A DNA stretch of 64,000 nucleotides, taken from NCBI GenBank assembly GCA_963819815.1, contig CAWFXL010000001.1, positions 256,001-320,000 of the forward strand. Reading direction: 5' to 3'. Of the stretch, positions 39,865 through 49,907 are shown piece after piece. A program made the position numbers and the translations under genes. The notes below the pieces were generated by a model. The model saw only the letters and a list, made by a program, of their open reading frames with translations. It was not told the origin of the DNA and made no database searches. The stretch's first letter is position 1; each line of letters opens with the position of its first letter. This stretch comes from an uncultured bacterium (GTDB lineage Bacteria > Babelota > Babeliae > Babelales > Babelaceae).

Positions 39865-39893
39865 ATCGCGTCTTCCTCCGAAGGCGCGATTTC
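39865..39893 (+). terminator. Terminator-like hairpin
   Basis: atcgcgtcttc-ctcc-gaaggcgcgat plus short T run. Confidence 0.55.
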
Positions 39894-40014
39894 TCGTTAT
39901 AAAGGGTAAAGTAGCTGTCTTCAGGTACTATCCTTTTACTCTCATTGTTTTTTAATATGCATAAAACTTACTTTTAAATCGATGGTTTGGAACATTTTAA
40001 ATATTTTTTGAGCT

Positions 40015-40103
40015 AAGAACAGGGGTTTTCAGTCTTCTGAGGTAAGAAACAGGGGGGGTGTTTTTGTCCTCAGGGGCAAGAAACAGGTGGGGTGTTTTTG
40101 TCC
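40015..40103 (+). repeat. Three direct repeats AAGAAACAGG..GGGTGTTTTTGTCC (first degenerate)
   Basis: Units start at 40015, 40044, 40078. Confidence 0.75.
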
Positions 40104-40107
40104 TTTG

Positions 40108-40428
40108 AAAAAAGATTTGCTATACTGGCTCAGACTTGATAAGGGTTCGAACGCTGAGCTAGATTATGTTATCAAACATCATACAAAAGTTATCCCGATT
40201 GAGATTAAAGCAGGAAGTTCGGGTAGTTTAAAGTCGCTGCACCTTTTTATGGATCTCAAGGGATTAACTATGGCAGTGCGGTTTCTTTCATCAGCACCCA
40301 CTAAAATACCAATCAAAATATAACGTAGTGCTAACGAAGACTACATTAGCTATGATCTTCTCTCGATTCCTTTTTATCTCATAAGTGAGCTTCATCGCTT
40401 GATAGACGATGCTTCCAAAATTAAATGA
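40108..40428 (+). pseudogene. C-terminal remnant of an AAA_14/DUF4143 ATPase
   Basis: LYW.R....NAELDYV....IPIEIKAG..GSLKSL; internal TAA at 40321, then in-frame SIPFYLI; ATPase domain absent. Confidence 0.8.
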
Positions 40429-40703
40429 GCTCCACTTGTTTAATCAGAGTTTTATAGGAAGGTAAGGGTCATAAATAACCCAAGTACTTTAAATATAAAC
40501 TTCATGAAATCTCCTTAGTTGTAAAGATTTGCTTATCCGGGCTGTATGCCCTAATTACTCTTAGGGCACTCGAAAGAAAATTTCGAAACCAAGAGTTTAT
40601 GGTAGCAATGCAGGAGCGCAATCAGAATGTTCTTTTTTTTCAGCAATTAAAATGCCCCGTTTTTTACCGTTGCAATAACGGCGGCACTTTAATGAGATTG
40701 AAC

Positions 40704-41390
40704 TCAACGAATTTTTACGGCAAAGCTTTTCGATAGTGCATCATAGTCGTTTGGCGTAAGTTTACCGTTTTGTTTTCTCAAAGCAGCAAGATTATTGGCC
40801 TTTACAATGATGGCATCTACAAATTCTTGCGTATCTTGTGCGAAATTGAATTTCACTACATGCCAATGCTCCTGCAGAATGGGAGATTGCATCCACATAA
40901 GAAAAACATTTACCCAAGCGGATATCCCAGAAAGATCAAATCGTGCTGTTGATAGAAAATCTTCAATCGATTGGAAAATGCGCAATGCAGAATAAAGTTC
41001 GATCTGTCTCCTCTTTACTTCATCGTAGCTCTGCGGTAGATGTTTTTGAAGATCGCTATCCTGATTCATACTTGCGTATAAGAAATAACCTTCGGGGAAA
41101 GTGGCAATAAGTTCCTTTTGTGGCCCTAAATAGTTATTTTGTATGTTTTGTATAGTGTCGTATGCGATCCGATTCTTTTCAATCTGCTGATTGTGCTGGG
41201 AGGTTACGTATAAGTTATAAATAACGAGCAAAACTGATATACCAGCCAGATAGTCAACATACAAACTAAACCTTTTGAAACTTGGTAACTCAAATCTCTC
41301 TACAATAAATAAGCCGCCACCGAATGCTATCAGGCTGAGCAGTAATAGAATAATTTCATTTTCAAACATTATGATCCTCTGCAAAGTCAT
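40704..41390 (-). CDS. Hypothetical membrane protein (two N-terminal TM helices)
   Basis: 228-aa ORF with hydrophobic N-terminus. Confidence 0.7.
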   Translation of the reverse strand: MTLQRIIMFENEIILLLLSLIAFGGGLFIVERFELPSFKRFSLYVDYLAGISVLLVIYNLYVTSQHNQQIEKNRIAYDTIQNIQNNYLGPQKELIATFPEGYFLYASMNQDSDLQKHLPQSYDEVKRRQIELYSALRIFQSIEDFLSTARFDLSGISAWVNVFLMWMQSPILQEHWHVVKFNFAQDTQEFVDAIIVKANNLAALRKQNGKLTPNDYDALSKSFAVKIR

Positions 41391-41702
41391 TGTATCAGCG
41401 ACAACGTCCTAGAGTGCACAGCTACTGCAAGTAAGCAACTTACTGGACGATGCTAACAAAATCCCAAGCATTCATTGTGCTATGGATATAGGTGCATGCA
41501 TAGTACACCATACAACAGAGCTTACTGAGAAATCAACAATAGAGGACGAGTGTCGCTTTAAATCACTATGACGAGCGGCTGCAGAATTTGATCTTATACC
41601 TGTTTGGTGTTCAGCGGATCTAGCGTTACGCTGTCAACACTCTCTTTGATATTCCTTGACTACAACGTAGGAAACTCAGGGCATTATGTATGTGTAGCGC
41701 AT

Positions 41703-41798
41703 AAAAAAACCCCCACATCGATTTGCATCAATGTGGGGGAAAAAAGGAGAGTAGTAATGAAGCCTAAGTTAAAGTAAATAGTCTTATGACGATTTACA
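41703..41798 (-). ncRNA. Candidate small RNA with anti-SD/anti-start-codon tract
   Basis: TTGACA-N16-CATACT (41832-41805); 5' hairpin GTAAAT..ATTTAC; CTTCATTACTACTCTCCTTTTTT; CCCCCACAT..ATGTGGGGG+T7 terminator. Confidence 0.6.
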
Positions 41799-41901
41799 TA
41801 TCTAAGTATGTCCTATCTATTTTAAATGTCAACACCAAAAATAAGTTTTTTCCTCTGAAATGAGGGGTTTTCTGCCAAGATATTTTCTATCTGTACTGGG
41901 C

Positions 41902-43044
41902 TTATTCGTCCGGGCTGAAACTCTTTTTCTTCGATGTATTGCCCAATTTGGCAAGATCAATGCTTTGGGTGATTTCAAGAGGGAGTTTATTTTTGATGAT
42001 CCCTTCTAGAGGAGAGGTAAGTATAACCTGGGTAGATAGTTTTGTCATTAGGGGGAGTAATGCTGCAGCACGATCCTCATCAAAATCGGTCATAAAGTCA
42101 TCTACAAGCAGTATTGTGCCGGTCGATCCACGGACTTTAAGCACTTGAAGTTGAGCCATTTTCAAGAGAAAGACTACCAACTTCTGTTGGCCTCTCGATG
42201 CATAGGTCCTACAGGCTTTTCCCAAATAGGTCACCACAAAATCATCTAAATGAGCCCCAAGCAGCGAGCGTTTTTGACGAAGTTCGTTCTCTTTCAGCCC
42301 AGGATAGCGCTCTATAAGATCTTGAGCTGTCATAGTATCTTGTAAATCGCTATAGGGACGAGCATAGGCGTAGTCTATAGTCACAGGTTCCTCCTGAGAA
42401 TCAGCCATCAGAGGAAAAAGCTCTCGTATGAGAAGCTTTGCTTCGGACTCAATCTGTTTTACAGCATCCAGGCGGGCTTTTTGTATCTTAAAAGAGGTTT
42501 GCAGAAGCTGCTCCGTCCAGAGCATATAGGATTCATCATCAAAGCGACCTTTAGCAAGTAGGGCGTTTCTGTTATTAAGGATAGCGCGATATTTTTGTGA
42601 AGTAGCTGCATGAGATGGATCTAAGAGGAGGACTACAGTATCTAAGAATGACCTTCGTGCAGAGGGCGCGCCCTGAATGATCTGCAGGTCATCCTCCGTT
42701 ATCGTAATAACTCGGTAAGCTTCATATAGCTCCTTATAGGAGCCGATTCCTTGCTCGTTGAGCTTAACGGTCTTCTTACTTTTCGCAAACTGAACAGATA
42801 GGGCATCAAACCCCTGTGAAACAAGGCCAAGACCGACGCCGAAGCCTTCTGCTTGAGCTAAGACAAGCTCTTTAGGAAGGTGGGTCTTAAAGGAGCGTAA
42901 ATAGCAGGCATAATGGAAAGCTTCTAAAATTGAGGTCTTACCTGACCCATTTGGGCCATGTATCAGCACAATTGGTTTCTCAAAGTCAAGGTCTAACGAG
43001 GAGAAACAGCGAAAGTTTCGCAAACTTGCCGATACAATGCGCAC
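41902..43044 (-). CDS. recF: DNA replication/repair protein RecF
   Basis: NFRCF, GPNGSGKTSILEA, G.PSARRSFLD, GAHLDD, ASRGQQK, LLVDD...D.DEDR; follows dnaN. Confidence 0.92.
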   Translation of the reverse strand: MRIVSASLRNFRCFSSLDLDFEKPIVLIHGPNGSGKTSILEAFHYACYLRSFKTHLPKELVLAQAEGFGVGLGLVSQGFDALSVQFAKSKKTVKLNEQGIGSYKELYEAYRVITITEDDLQIIQGAPSARRSFLDTVVLLLDPSHAATSQKYRAILNNRNALLAKGRFDDESYMLWTEQLLQTSFKIQKARLDAVKQIESEAKLLIRELFPLMADSQEEPVTIDYAYARPYSDLQDTMTAQDLIERYPGLKENELRQKRSLLGAHLDDFVVTYLGKACRTYASRGQQKLVVFLLKMAQLQVLKVRGSTGTILLVDDFMTDFDEDRAAALLPLMTKLSTQVILTSPLEGIIKNKLPLEITQSIDLAKLGNTSKKKSFSPDE

Positions 43045-43059
43045 AAACGTTCAACCTCC

Positions 43060-44196
43060 CTATGATGCGATAGCTGCGGGAGCCGTAGGAGAGACCGGCA
43101 TAACCAAGTACGTCATCACAAATTCATCATTTTTTGACTCAAATATTAAAGGGCTAGCACTCCCCTTTAAATAGAACGTTAAGCTCTCATCCTGAAACGC
43201 CTGAATACCATTGAGCAAATAAGGAGTATAGAGCCTTATGTCGATTTTAGTGTCTTCCGACCCAGCAAAGGCAAGTTGTTCATCCAATGCACCAACTTCT
43301 TTGTTCTGGAGAGAGACCTGAACATCACGATGATTAAATGCAAAACGGGTCGCAATAAATTGATTTGATAGTAAGCATACTGAACGACGCAATGCCTTTA
43401 ACAGGCTTGAACGATCAATGGTGGCTGGACTAAAGGCATCGCGCATAAGGATAGCACGATAGTTAGGAAACTGTTCCGCAAGAACTTTCGTAAAAAAGTT
43501 AAAGAGCTCACCGGAGAATACTAACTGATTGCCACACGTTCCTAAAAATAGGGTGGTATCAGGGATTGTTTCTAAGATCTTTTTCAACTCAAAAATCGCG
43601 CGGCGAGGAAGGAGCCAATTCCTGGTCTCTTCAAAGGTTGTTTTTGAAGTTTTAACTTGAGCTAAACAATGCCCATCCGTAGTTGTCATAATAAGCTCAT
43701 GCGGAGATAGCTCAAGTAATAGGCCATTAAGGGCAACGTTCGCATTATTTTGGGGAATAAGAAAGCTGACGCTTTCAAGCATTTTCTGTAATAAAGGAGC
43801 ATCTAAAGGAAGCAGGTTCTCAATGCGTTCAGGAAAGGGGGGGAATTCTTGCGCATCTTTAATATTAAGAGAAAGATGGACACCTTGAGCTTGCAATGTG
43901 AGTTGATGTGAGCTGAGCTGACAGGTGATTGGTCCTTCGAGCTCTTTTACTACATCAAATATCCGCTTACCCGATACTAAAAATGATTCTTGTTCATCAA
44001 AGTCACTTTCAAGGAGTAAGCAACTTGACTGTAAGCTAATCTCAAGATCAGTACTCTTAAGTACAAGCTCTTTTTGACCAACTTGAAAGAGAATAGAGGT
44101 GGTTATATCAAGAGCCGTTCGCTTTGAGCAAATAGGCTGCATCGATGAGAGAATGTCAAATAAAGACTTTTGATCAACAATGAATTTTTTTTCCAT
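43060..44196 (-). CDS. dnaN: DNA polymerase III beta clamp
   Basis: STDLEISL, EFP.FP, LNGLL, TTDGH.L, FPNY, YLVMPV. Confidence 0.93.
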   Translation of the reverse strand: MEKKFIVDQKSLFDILSSMQPICSKRTALDITTSILFQVGQKELVLKSTDLEISLQSSCLLLESDFDEQESFLVSGKRIFDVVKELEGPITCQLSSHQLTLQAQGVHLSLNIKDAQEFPPFPERIENLLPLDAPLLQKMLESVSFLIPQNNANVALNGLLLELSPHELIMTTTDGHCLAQVKTSKTTFEETRNWLLPRRAIFELKKILETIPDTTLFLGTCGNQLVFSGELFNFFTKVLAEQFPNYRAILMRDAFSPATIDRSSLLKALRRSVCLLSNQFIATRFAFNHRDVQVSLQNKEVGALDEQLAFAGSEDTKIDIRLYTPYLLNGIQAFQDESLTFYLKGSASPLIFESKNDEFVMTYLVMPVSPTAPAAIAS

Positions 44197-44781
44197 CGAA
44201 TATTTCTCGCAAATGTTACTAGATCATACTTCACTTAACCAAGTATAGCATCTTCAAGGAAAGAGGAAAGTTTCTCAAAAGTATCTTGTAGAGGTGCCAG
44301 AATCTTCAAAAGTTTTCCTAATAACTCCGAGTAATTTGAGCTCATAAAAAATGCTCTGGTAAGAGAGCAATTGGGCATACAAAATGGTGAGTGACACATC
44401 AAAAATACTAAAAGAAACCAATAGGTCCACTCAGAAGAGCTTCATGTAAACGGAAAATAGTTATGTCGAGTGAGTATGGCTTTGAAAGTGAGAACTTTCT
44501 TTAAAAAAGAGAGGGCGATAATCAAATTTTAGCAAAAGCTTTACATGTCGTGAGCACATTTAAGAGAAATCTTTTCGCTAGTGGGTATAACAATTTCACA
44601 TCCCACCTCTCCCCTACAGGATACCCTCATTTGCTCTTTTTGCCAAAAAAATCTTCTTGCCCCCAAATGTTCCGCCTCGCGAAAGTACTTTGTGGCACGT
44701 GCGATACGGGCGATTAATGTTTTTCTGGACATTTCCGAGATTGTGTGTAGAATTTGTCCATGATGTGAAACGGAAAAATCA

Positions 44782-45960
44782 ATGGCACTTAAAAGATCTA
44801 TTACCTTTGACATTTTGGAAGGTGCGCAGGAGTTTCTGACTGTTGGGTTGTTGGGATCCCGACAGTCAGGCAAAACCACGCTGAGCCAACTCATTTTTAA
44901 GGACCATGCTTATGTGTCTTTGGAGGATATTGAGATGCGCACTGCGGCTACAATTGAACCGCGTACCTTTCTTAATGCCAATCGTAACGCCTCCGGTTTA
45001 ATAATTGATAATTTTCATTATGTACCGGAGTTACTTTCTTACATGCAGCCCAAGGGGGGCAGCCACACACCGGGGACATATATAGTGTGTGGTCCATATA
45101 ATAGTTCTACGCTCGAATTTCTTACGGGGTACCTTGGGGAAACGTTTTCACTCAACATTTTAGAATCGCTATCCTTACATGAGCTTACCGATAATTATCT
45201 ACTGCCTCATGCTCTTGATGTAGTTCTGTATCAAGGACTTCAACCTGCAGTTTATATGAACGGTGGTGATACCAAATCTCACTATAAAAATTTCCTTTCT
45301 ACCTATATCGATAAAGATGTGCGCTTCTATGGGCAGGTTGATAATGTAACTACATTCCATACCTTTTTAACACACTGTGCTCAGTATAATGGGCATGTGC
45401 TTAATATAACTACGCTTGCAAATGAATCTGGTATAAGTGACCATACAGCTCGGCGTTGGATATCCTTACTTGAAGATCATCGTATACTTTTCTTACTCAA
45501 GCCCTATCATACTGATTTTGGGAAGAGGCTCATTAAAAGCCCCAAGCTGTATTTTTATGATCCCGGGGTTGTGTGCAGTCTTCTTAAAATAGAAGAGCAC
45601 GAGTTACCGAAGCATCGCAACAAACAGGGCCTCTTTGAATCTCTGATCATAGGCGAGCTTATGAAATGGACGCAGCAGAGAAAGCAGAAACGGCCACAGC
45701 TCTATTTCTGGCGCGACAAAACTGAGCATGAAATCGATTGTCTCATAGAGCACGAAGGGAAAGTCATTCCCGTCTCATTGCGCGGTGACCAAAAGACTGA
45801 CGCTTTTTCACATGATCTTAAGTATTGGCAAAAAGTTAGTGGTATGAAAGACCGGGGTATATGTATTTCATCAAATTCGGGCCCCCCAGAGGAAAAAGAA
45901 GACCATCTCGATATTGGATGGCGCTTTATGCAACCCTTGTTTAAAGCGATTCAGAGCTAA
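44782..45960 (+). CDS. AAA_14 / DUF4143 ATP-binding protein (degenerate Walker B and nuclease motif)
   Basis: GSRQSGKTTL, IIDNFH, KRLIKSPKLYFYDPG, YFWRD...EID. Confidence 0.88.
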   Translation: MALKRSITFDILEGAQEFLTVGLLGSRQSGKTTLSQLIFKDHAYVSLEDIEMRTAATIEPRTFLNANRNASGLIIDNFHYVPELLSYMQPKGGSHTPGTYIVCGPYNSSTLEFLTGYLGETFSLNILESLSLHELTDNYLLPHALDVVLYQGLQPAVYMNGGDTKSHYKNFLSTYIDKDVRFYGQVDNVTTFHTFLTHCAQYNGHVLNITTLANESGISDHTARRWISLLEDHRILFLLKPYHTDFGKRLIKSPKLYFYDPGVVCSLLKIEEHELPKHRNKQGLFESLIIGELMKWTQQRKQKRPQLYFWRDKTEHEIDCLIEHEGKVIPVSLRGDQKTDAFSHDLKYWQKVSGMKDRGICISSNSGPPEEKEDHLDIGWRFMQPLFKAIQS

Positions 45961-46073
45961 TATTCACATCTAATCAAAACAAATAAACTTTATATAGGGA
46001 AGCTCTATACGTTCCCATTTTTATATGGTAGAGTATGGGCTATATTTAAACTTTGAAGGCGAGAAGGAGCGCG

Positions 46074-46799
46074 GTGAAGAAAAGAATTATCCCAACTATT
46101 CTAGTAGCAACGTGCACCTTAGTATCTCTACAAACTATATTGCTCTTTGCTGAAGTCCAACCAAGTTGGCAAGAATGTGGCGAAAATTGGGCTATGTCCC
46201 TCGAAAATGGCACAACCTGGCCTGACGATGATGCCCCTAAATTATACGAAGTAACGAAGGAAGGCATAAAAAGAATTTCTCATCAGAAACTACCTGAGAA
46301 CGTTACCCTCTATGGTCGAGTTCAGCTTTCTGACGTGAGTATTGCAAAAAACTTTACCTGTTATGGATTTGCTGAGGTTGCTCATGCGACAGTCGTTGGA
46401 GTTACCACGATGTATGGTCCCATGAATGCAAATCGCTGCACGTTTACTGATATGGACATCAGGTGTGCAAATGAGATGCTCGATGAACCAGGAACCGTAA
46501 ATCTTTCTCATAGTTCAGCGAGGAAGCTCTTTATTAATGGAAAATTAATGACCGAGTCTTCAACTATTAAATCGGTTACGACGTTCTCTCATGAGCTTGA
46601 GTTCTCTAATTCTCATGTCGGTGATATTACGATGATGAATGGCTTACATGGTAAAAAAAAGAAGGCGGTAATCATCCTTAATAACACGGTTGTTGAAGGA
46701 TCTATCCAGTTCTCTCAGAAGGGCGGTACTGTTATCTGCAAAGGCACATCAGTAGTCAAAGGTGAGATTATTGGAGGCACCCTCGAAAAAATTTCCTAA
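46074..46799 (+). CDS. Exported hypothetical protein, beta-helix-like C-terminal half
   Basis: GAAGGAG + GTG start; signal peptide; short beta-strand repeats ending VKGEIIGG. Confidence 0.65.
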   Translation: MKKRIIPTILVATCTLVSLQTILLFAEVQPSWQECGENWAMSLENGTTWPDDDAPKLYEVTKEGIKRISHQKLPENVTLYGRVQLSDVSIAKNFTCYGFAEVAHATVVGVTTMYGPMNANRCTFTDMDIRCANEMLDEPGTVNLSHSSARKLFINGKLMTESSTIKSVTTFSHELEFSNSHVGDITMMNGLHGKKKKAVIILNNTVVEGSIQFSQKGGTVICKGTSVVKGEIIGGTLEKIS

Positions 46800-46821
46800 A
46801 CCACTACATTTCTTCTCAAGC

Positions 46822-46852
46822 AAGGGCATATTTCTCAAGGTATGCCCTTTTT
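46822..46852 (+). terminator. Rho-independent terminator
   Basis: aagggcata...tatgccctt plus T run. Confidence 0.7.
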
Positions 46853-46939
46853 CATGCGTTCAAATATTTTCTAAATCACGTGTTAAGTTGTGTCGGCTTT
46901 GTGTGTTTAGTATACCTAAGCACTATTGACTACAATGGA

Positions 46940-47169
46940 GAAATGGCCACAAAAGTGAAAATGGCAGTATTTACGGCGAAGGATTAATATGTGCAAAAAG
47001 GCATTCCTCCTGCGAAATGCCAGGTTGTTGAATAGCTGCAAAGGAAGGACACAATAGGTAGGCTCTTTTTTAGGACCTTGGTGGAAAATACATCTATATA
47101 TTCTATAAACTCTATTGGAAACGCTGCTGAAATGGCAACAATGGTGAAAATGGCAGTATTTATGGCAAA
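46940..47169 (+). repeat. 41-bp imperfect direct repeat containing AATGGCAGTATTTA(T/C)G
   Basis: 46940-46980 and 47129-47169; core also at 3185-3200 and 10001-10016. Confidence 0.75.
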
Positions 47170-47417
47170 AGAGTAATTTGGGTAAATAGAGATTGACCTA
47201 GCAACTTGAAAAGGAAGGGTATACGAAAACTGGGTTGGACTGTCGTGACGAAAATTACCACTAGGTTGAGTTTCTCAAGAGAGCCTAGATGAGATTGGAA
47301 CTTATTATCTAGATCATTTTTGCGATCATGGCAATAAATTTTTACAAGTAGTGATTTTTATGGTATTCTTGAGCTATCGTTAGATGAAAAATTAGTATGT
47401 CATTGAAAGGACTTATT

Positions 47418-48836
47418 ATGAATAAGATATGGATTTTACTGTTACTTTGCGCATCAGTTGTGCCAGCTTATGGGATTGTTCCTACCCCTGCAGCGGTTAT
47501 AGCAAGCTCATCCTTCTCATCCTTAAAAAGCGAGCTACTCTCTATTTTAGAGACAAATAATACGGCGCGATTACAAGCATATATTAACAGAGGGCTTGCT
47601 GTAACCGTTCCCATAACTGATGAAGGGTATACCATCCTCCATCTTGCTGTGCTCATGGCCGGAGATAAAAGGCCAATGGTGCGATTTCTGCTAGGCCACC
47701 GTGCTCCTGTTAACGCTCATACTACGGAAGGCAATACTGCTCTTCACTATGCATGTGAAACAGGAAATATAGGCTGTGTTACAGAGCTCTTAGCAGCGGG
47801 TGCGAATCCTCATCAGGCTAACAATGACGGCATGACAGCTTTGCATTTGGCAAGTACGTATGGACGTACGTCTGTAGTGGCTTTGCTTCTCGCGCAGCCA
47901 AATATACAGGTTGATCCCCTTGAAAATAGCTGTAATGCTACACCCTTACATATGGCTAGCATCATGGGACAAGTCGAAGCTGTTAGGCTTCTGGTTGCGA
48001 AAAGCGCACAAATCGACGCACGCAATAACGATAACGCTACTCCTTTGTTTTTAGCTTGCCAAGAAGGGCACCCTGTGATTGTTCAGTTTCTTTTTGAAAA
48101 AGGTGCTTCCTTAGAGGCTCCTCTTCGTGATGGCGGTACACCACTTCACGTAGCTGCAGATAAAGGGCATCTTGAGGTGGTCAAGTTGTTGGTGAGTCTA
48201 GGTGCTACATTGCGTACCATAAAGAATAATGGAGCAACTCCGTGGTATGCAGCTGCACAAAATGGTCATGAAGAGGTCATCAAATTCTTTATTAAAAATT
48301 CTTATGATATCAATGAAAAGCACCCTGTTTCAGGGTTTACCGCTCTTCATATTGCATCACTCAGGAATAAACTTGGAGTTATTAACGCACTTCTTAATGA
48401 GCCTTCTGTTCAAATAAATGATCCTGCTACCATTGTCACCACAATGATTGATGCAGGTGAAGAGGTTGAAGTTAACTCGATTGCCATAGAGGGCATAACT
48501 CTTGATTCTCCCACGAAGGAGAACGGGTATACACCATTACATTTAGCATGCATATGGGGCTGCGAAGCTGCAGTTAAACAGCTCCTAGGACATGGAGCAG
48601 ATGGCACTATAAAGACAAAGGGAGGAAAGACAGCTCTCGATTTTGCTCAAGAAAAGGGGCACAAAAAAATTGTTACTCTTCTTGAAAAAGCAAAATATCT
48701 CTGTGCTTTCTGTTGCGAGATGCCGTCTGAAACTCTCTGCTGTGGACGCTGTAAAAAAGCATATTACTGCAATGCTGCATGTCAAAGAAAACACTGGGCT
48801 ACTCATAAACTCTCCTGTTCATCCACCGCACAGTAG
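47418..48836 (+). CDS. Exported ankyrin-repeat protein with C-terminal MYND zinc finger
   Basis: Many G.T.LH.A repeats; CAFC...CGRCKKAYYCNAACQRKHWATHKLSC. Confidence 0.92.
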   Translation: MNKIWILLLLCASVVPAYGIVPTPAAVIASSSFSSLKSELLSILETNNTARLQAYINRGLAVTVPITDEGYTILHLAVLMAGDKRPMVRFLLGHRAPVNAHTTEGNTALHYACETGNIGCVTELLAAGANPHQANNDGMTALHLASTYGRTSVVALLLAQPNIQVDPLENSCNATPLHMASIMGQVEAVRLLVAKSAQIDARNNDNATPLFLACQEGHPVIVQFLFEKGASLEAPLRDGGTPLHVAADKGHLEVVKLLVSLGATLRTIKNNGATPWYAAAQNGHEEVIKFFIKNSYDINEKHPVSGFTALHIASLRNKLGVINALLNEPSVQINDPATIVTTMIDAGEEVEVNSIAIEGITLDSPTKENGYTPLHLACIWGCEAAVKQLLGHGADGTIKTKGGKTALDFAQEKGHKKIVTLLEKAKYLCAFCCEMPSETLCCGRCKKAYYCNAACQRKHWATHKLSCSSTAQ

Positions 48837-49004
48837 ACCTCTTTAGGTGGCAACTAGCAAGATAGTTGTGTAAGAGTTTTGTGTTTGGAAGCCTGGTAGA
48901 ATGATGCTAACTTACCATGTATAATTTTTCTCAAAGTCTTTAAGATACTAGCTCTCCTAGATAAAGCAGGGGAGCTAGGTCTATTCTCATAAGCACCTAC
49001 GAAA

Positions 49005-49029
49005 AAGCGCTCTCAGTATGAGAGCGCTT
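49005..49029 (-). terminator. Rho-independent terminator
   Basis: aagcgctctca-gta-tgagagcgctt with A run on the left. Confidence 0.7.
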
Positions 49030-49120
49030 ATACAAAATCTTAGATACGGATTTCTTCACGGAAGCATGAGAAACGGCTCAATTCTTTATTGTTCTTTCTC
49101 TAAGTTGCTTCCTCAAAACA

Positions 49121-49519
49121 TTAAGGCCAGAGTGTAATAATGGCTGCCATTGCTAACATATACAAAAGTGTATATAGCGTATCTATTGCATAGACAGTAA
49201 GCGATCCGCCAGTATAGAGAGTATTCATAAACGTAATCCTTGCAGGAAATCCAAGCCATATCAGAAATGTTATTTTCAATGCCCCATAGAGGTCCGTTAT
49301 ATGCATATAAGAAAGTATCAGGCTGAGGACATACGCAGTCACCACAAAACCTATAAAGCCGATTCCTGTCGTAGTTGGCATCGTTTTTTGTAATTCGGCA
49401 GATTTAGCATCCGAAAAATTATGACCTTCTCTCCAGGGCTGCCTAAAAAGAAAGCCGTACCAGATAAACCCGATTGCTGTGGCGACTACGCCGCATACTA
49501 TAAGAGCTACTATATTCAT
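49121..49519 (-). CDS. DUF1761-like four-TM membrane protein
   Basis: IGFIWYG.LF.QPW; WLGF; IDT.Y; AAGGAG RBS. Confidence 0.75.
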   Translation of the reverse strand: MNIVALIVCGVVATAIGFIWYGFLFRQPWREGHNFSDAKSAELQKTMPTTTGIGFIGFVVTAYVLSLILSYMHITDLYGALKITFLIWLGFPARITFMNTLYTGGSLTVYAIDTLYTLLYMLAMAAIITLWP

Positions 49520-49907
49520 GAACATCTCCTTATCTTGTTAGACAAAATGAGCCAGCACCATTGCTGGCTTTCGACGAGAGTATAGTGCCAGGCTCATGAT
49601 AAATCAACTTTTGCCACTTCAAACAACGATCTGCCACACTAGTCCCTGCCTGTATCGCCTCCTTGGAACCACTTTGACGGTATTGCTAGTCGAGGTGCCT
49701 TTACCTGCAAATACTGATCGCATCGAGCAGCTTGGGGTAGGGTGTTCAATCTTCCACCTAGTCCTTGTGGATCAATATTTACAGTGCATGAGGCTACCAA
49801 TACGTGACAGCTTGGGAGGCTGTTGAATTTCACATACAGCATGCTATGCTCAAAAAAGATTGCAATATTTGTCATAACGCTATTAAAAATAATACTAGAG
49901 GGTTCAT

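Noticed and set aside
44197..44781. oriC upstream of dnaN
   Set aside because: No dnaA gene and no DnaA-box cluster seen; the TGTGGATAA I noticed is inside a CDS (31537)
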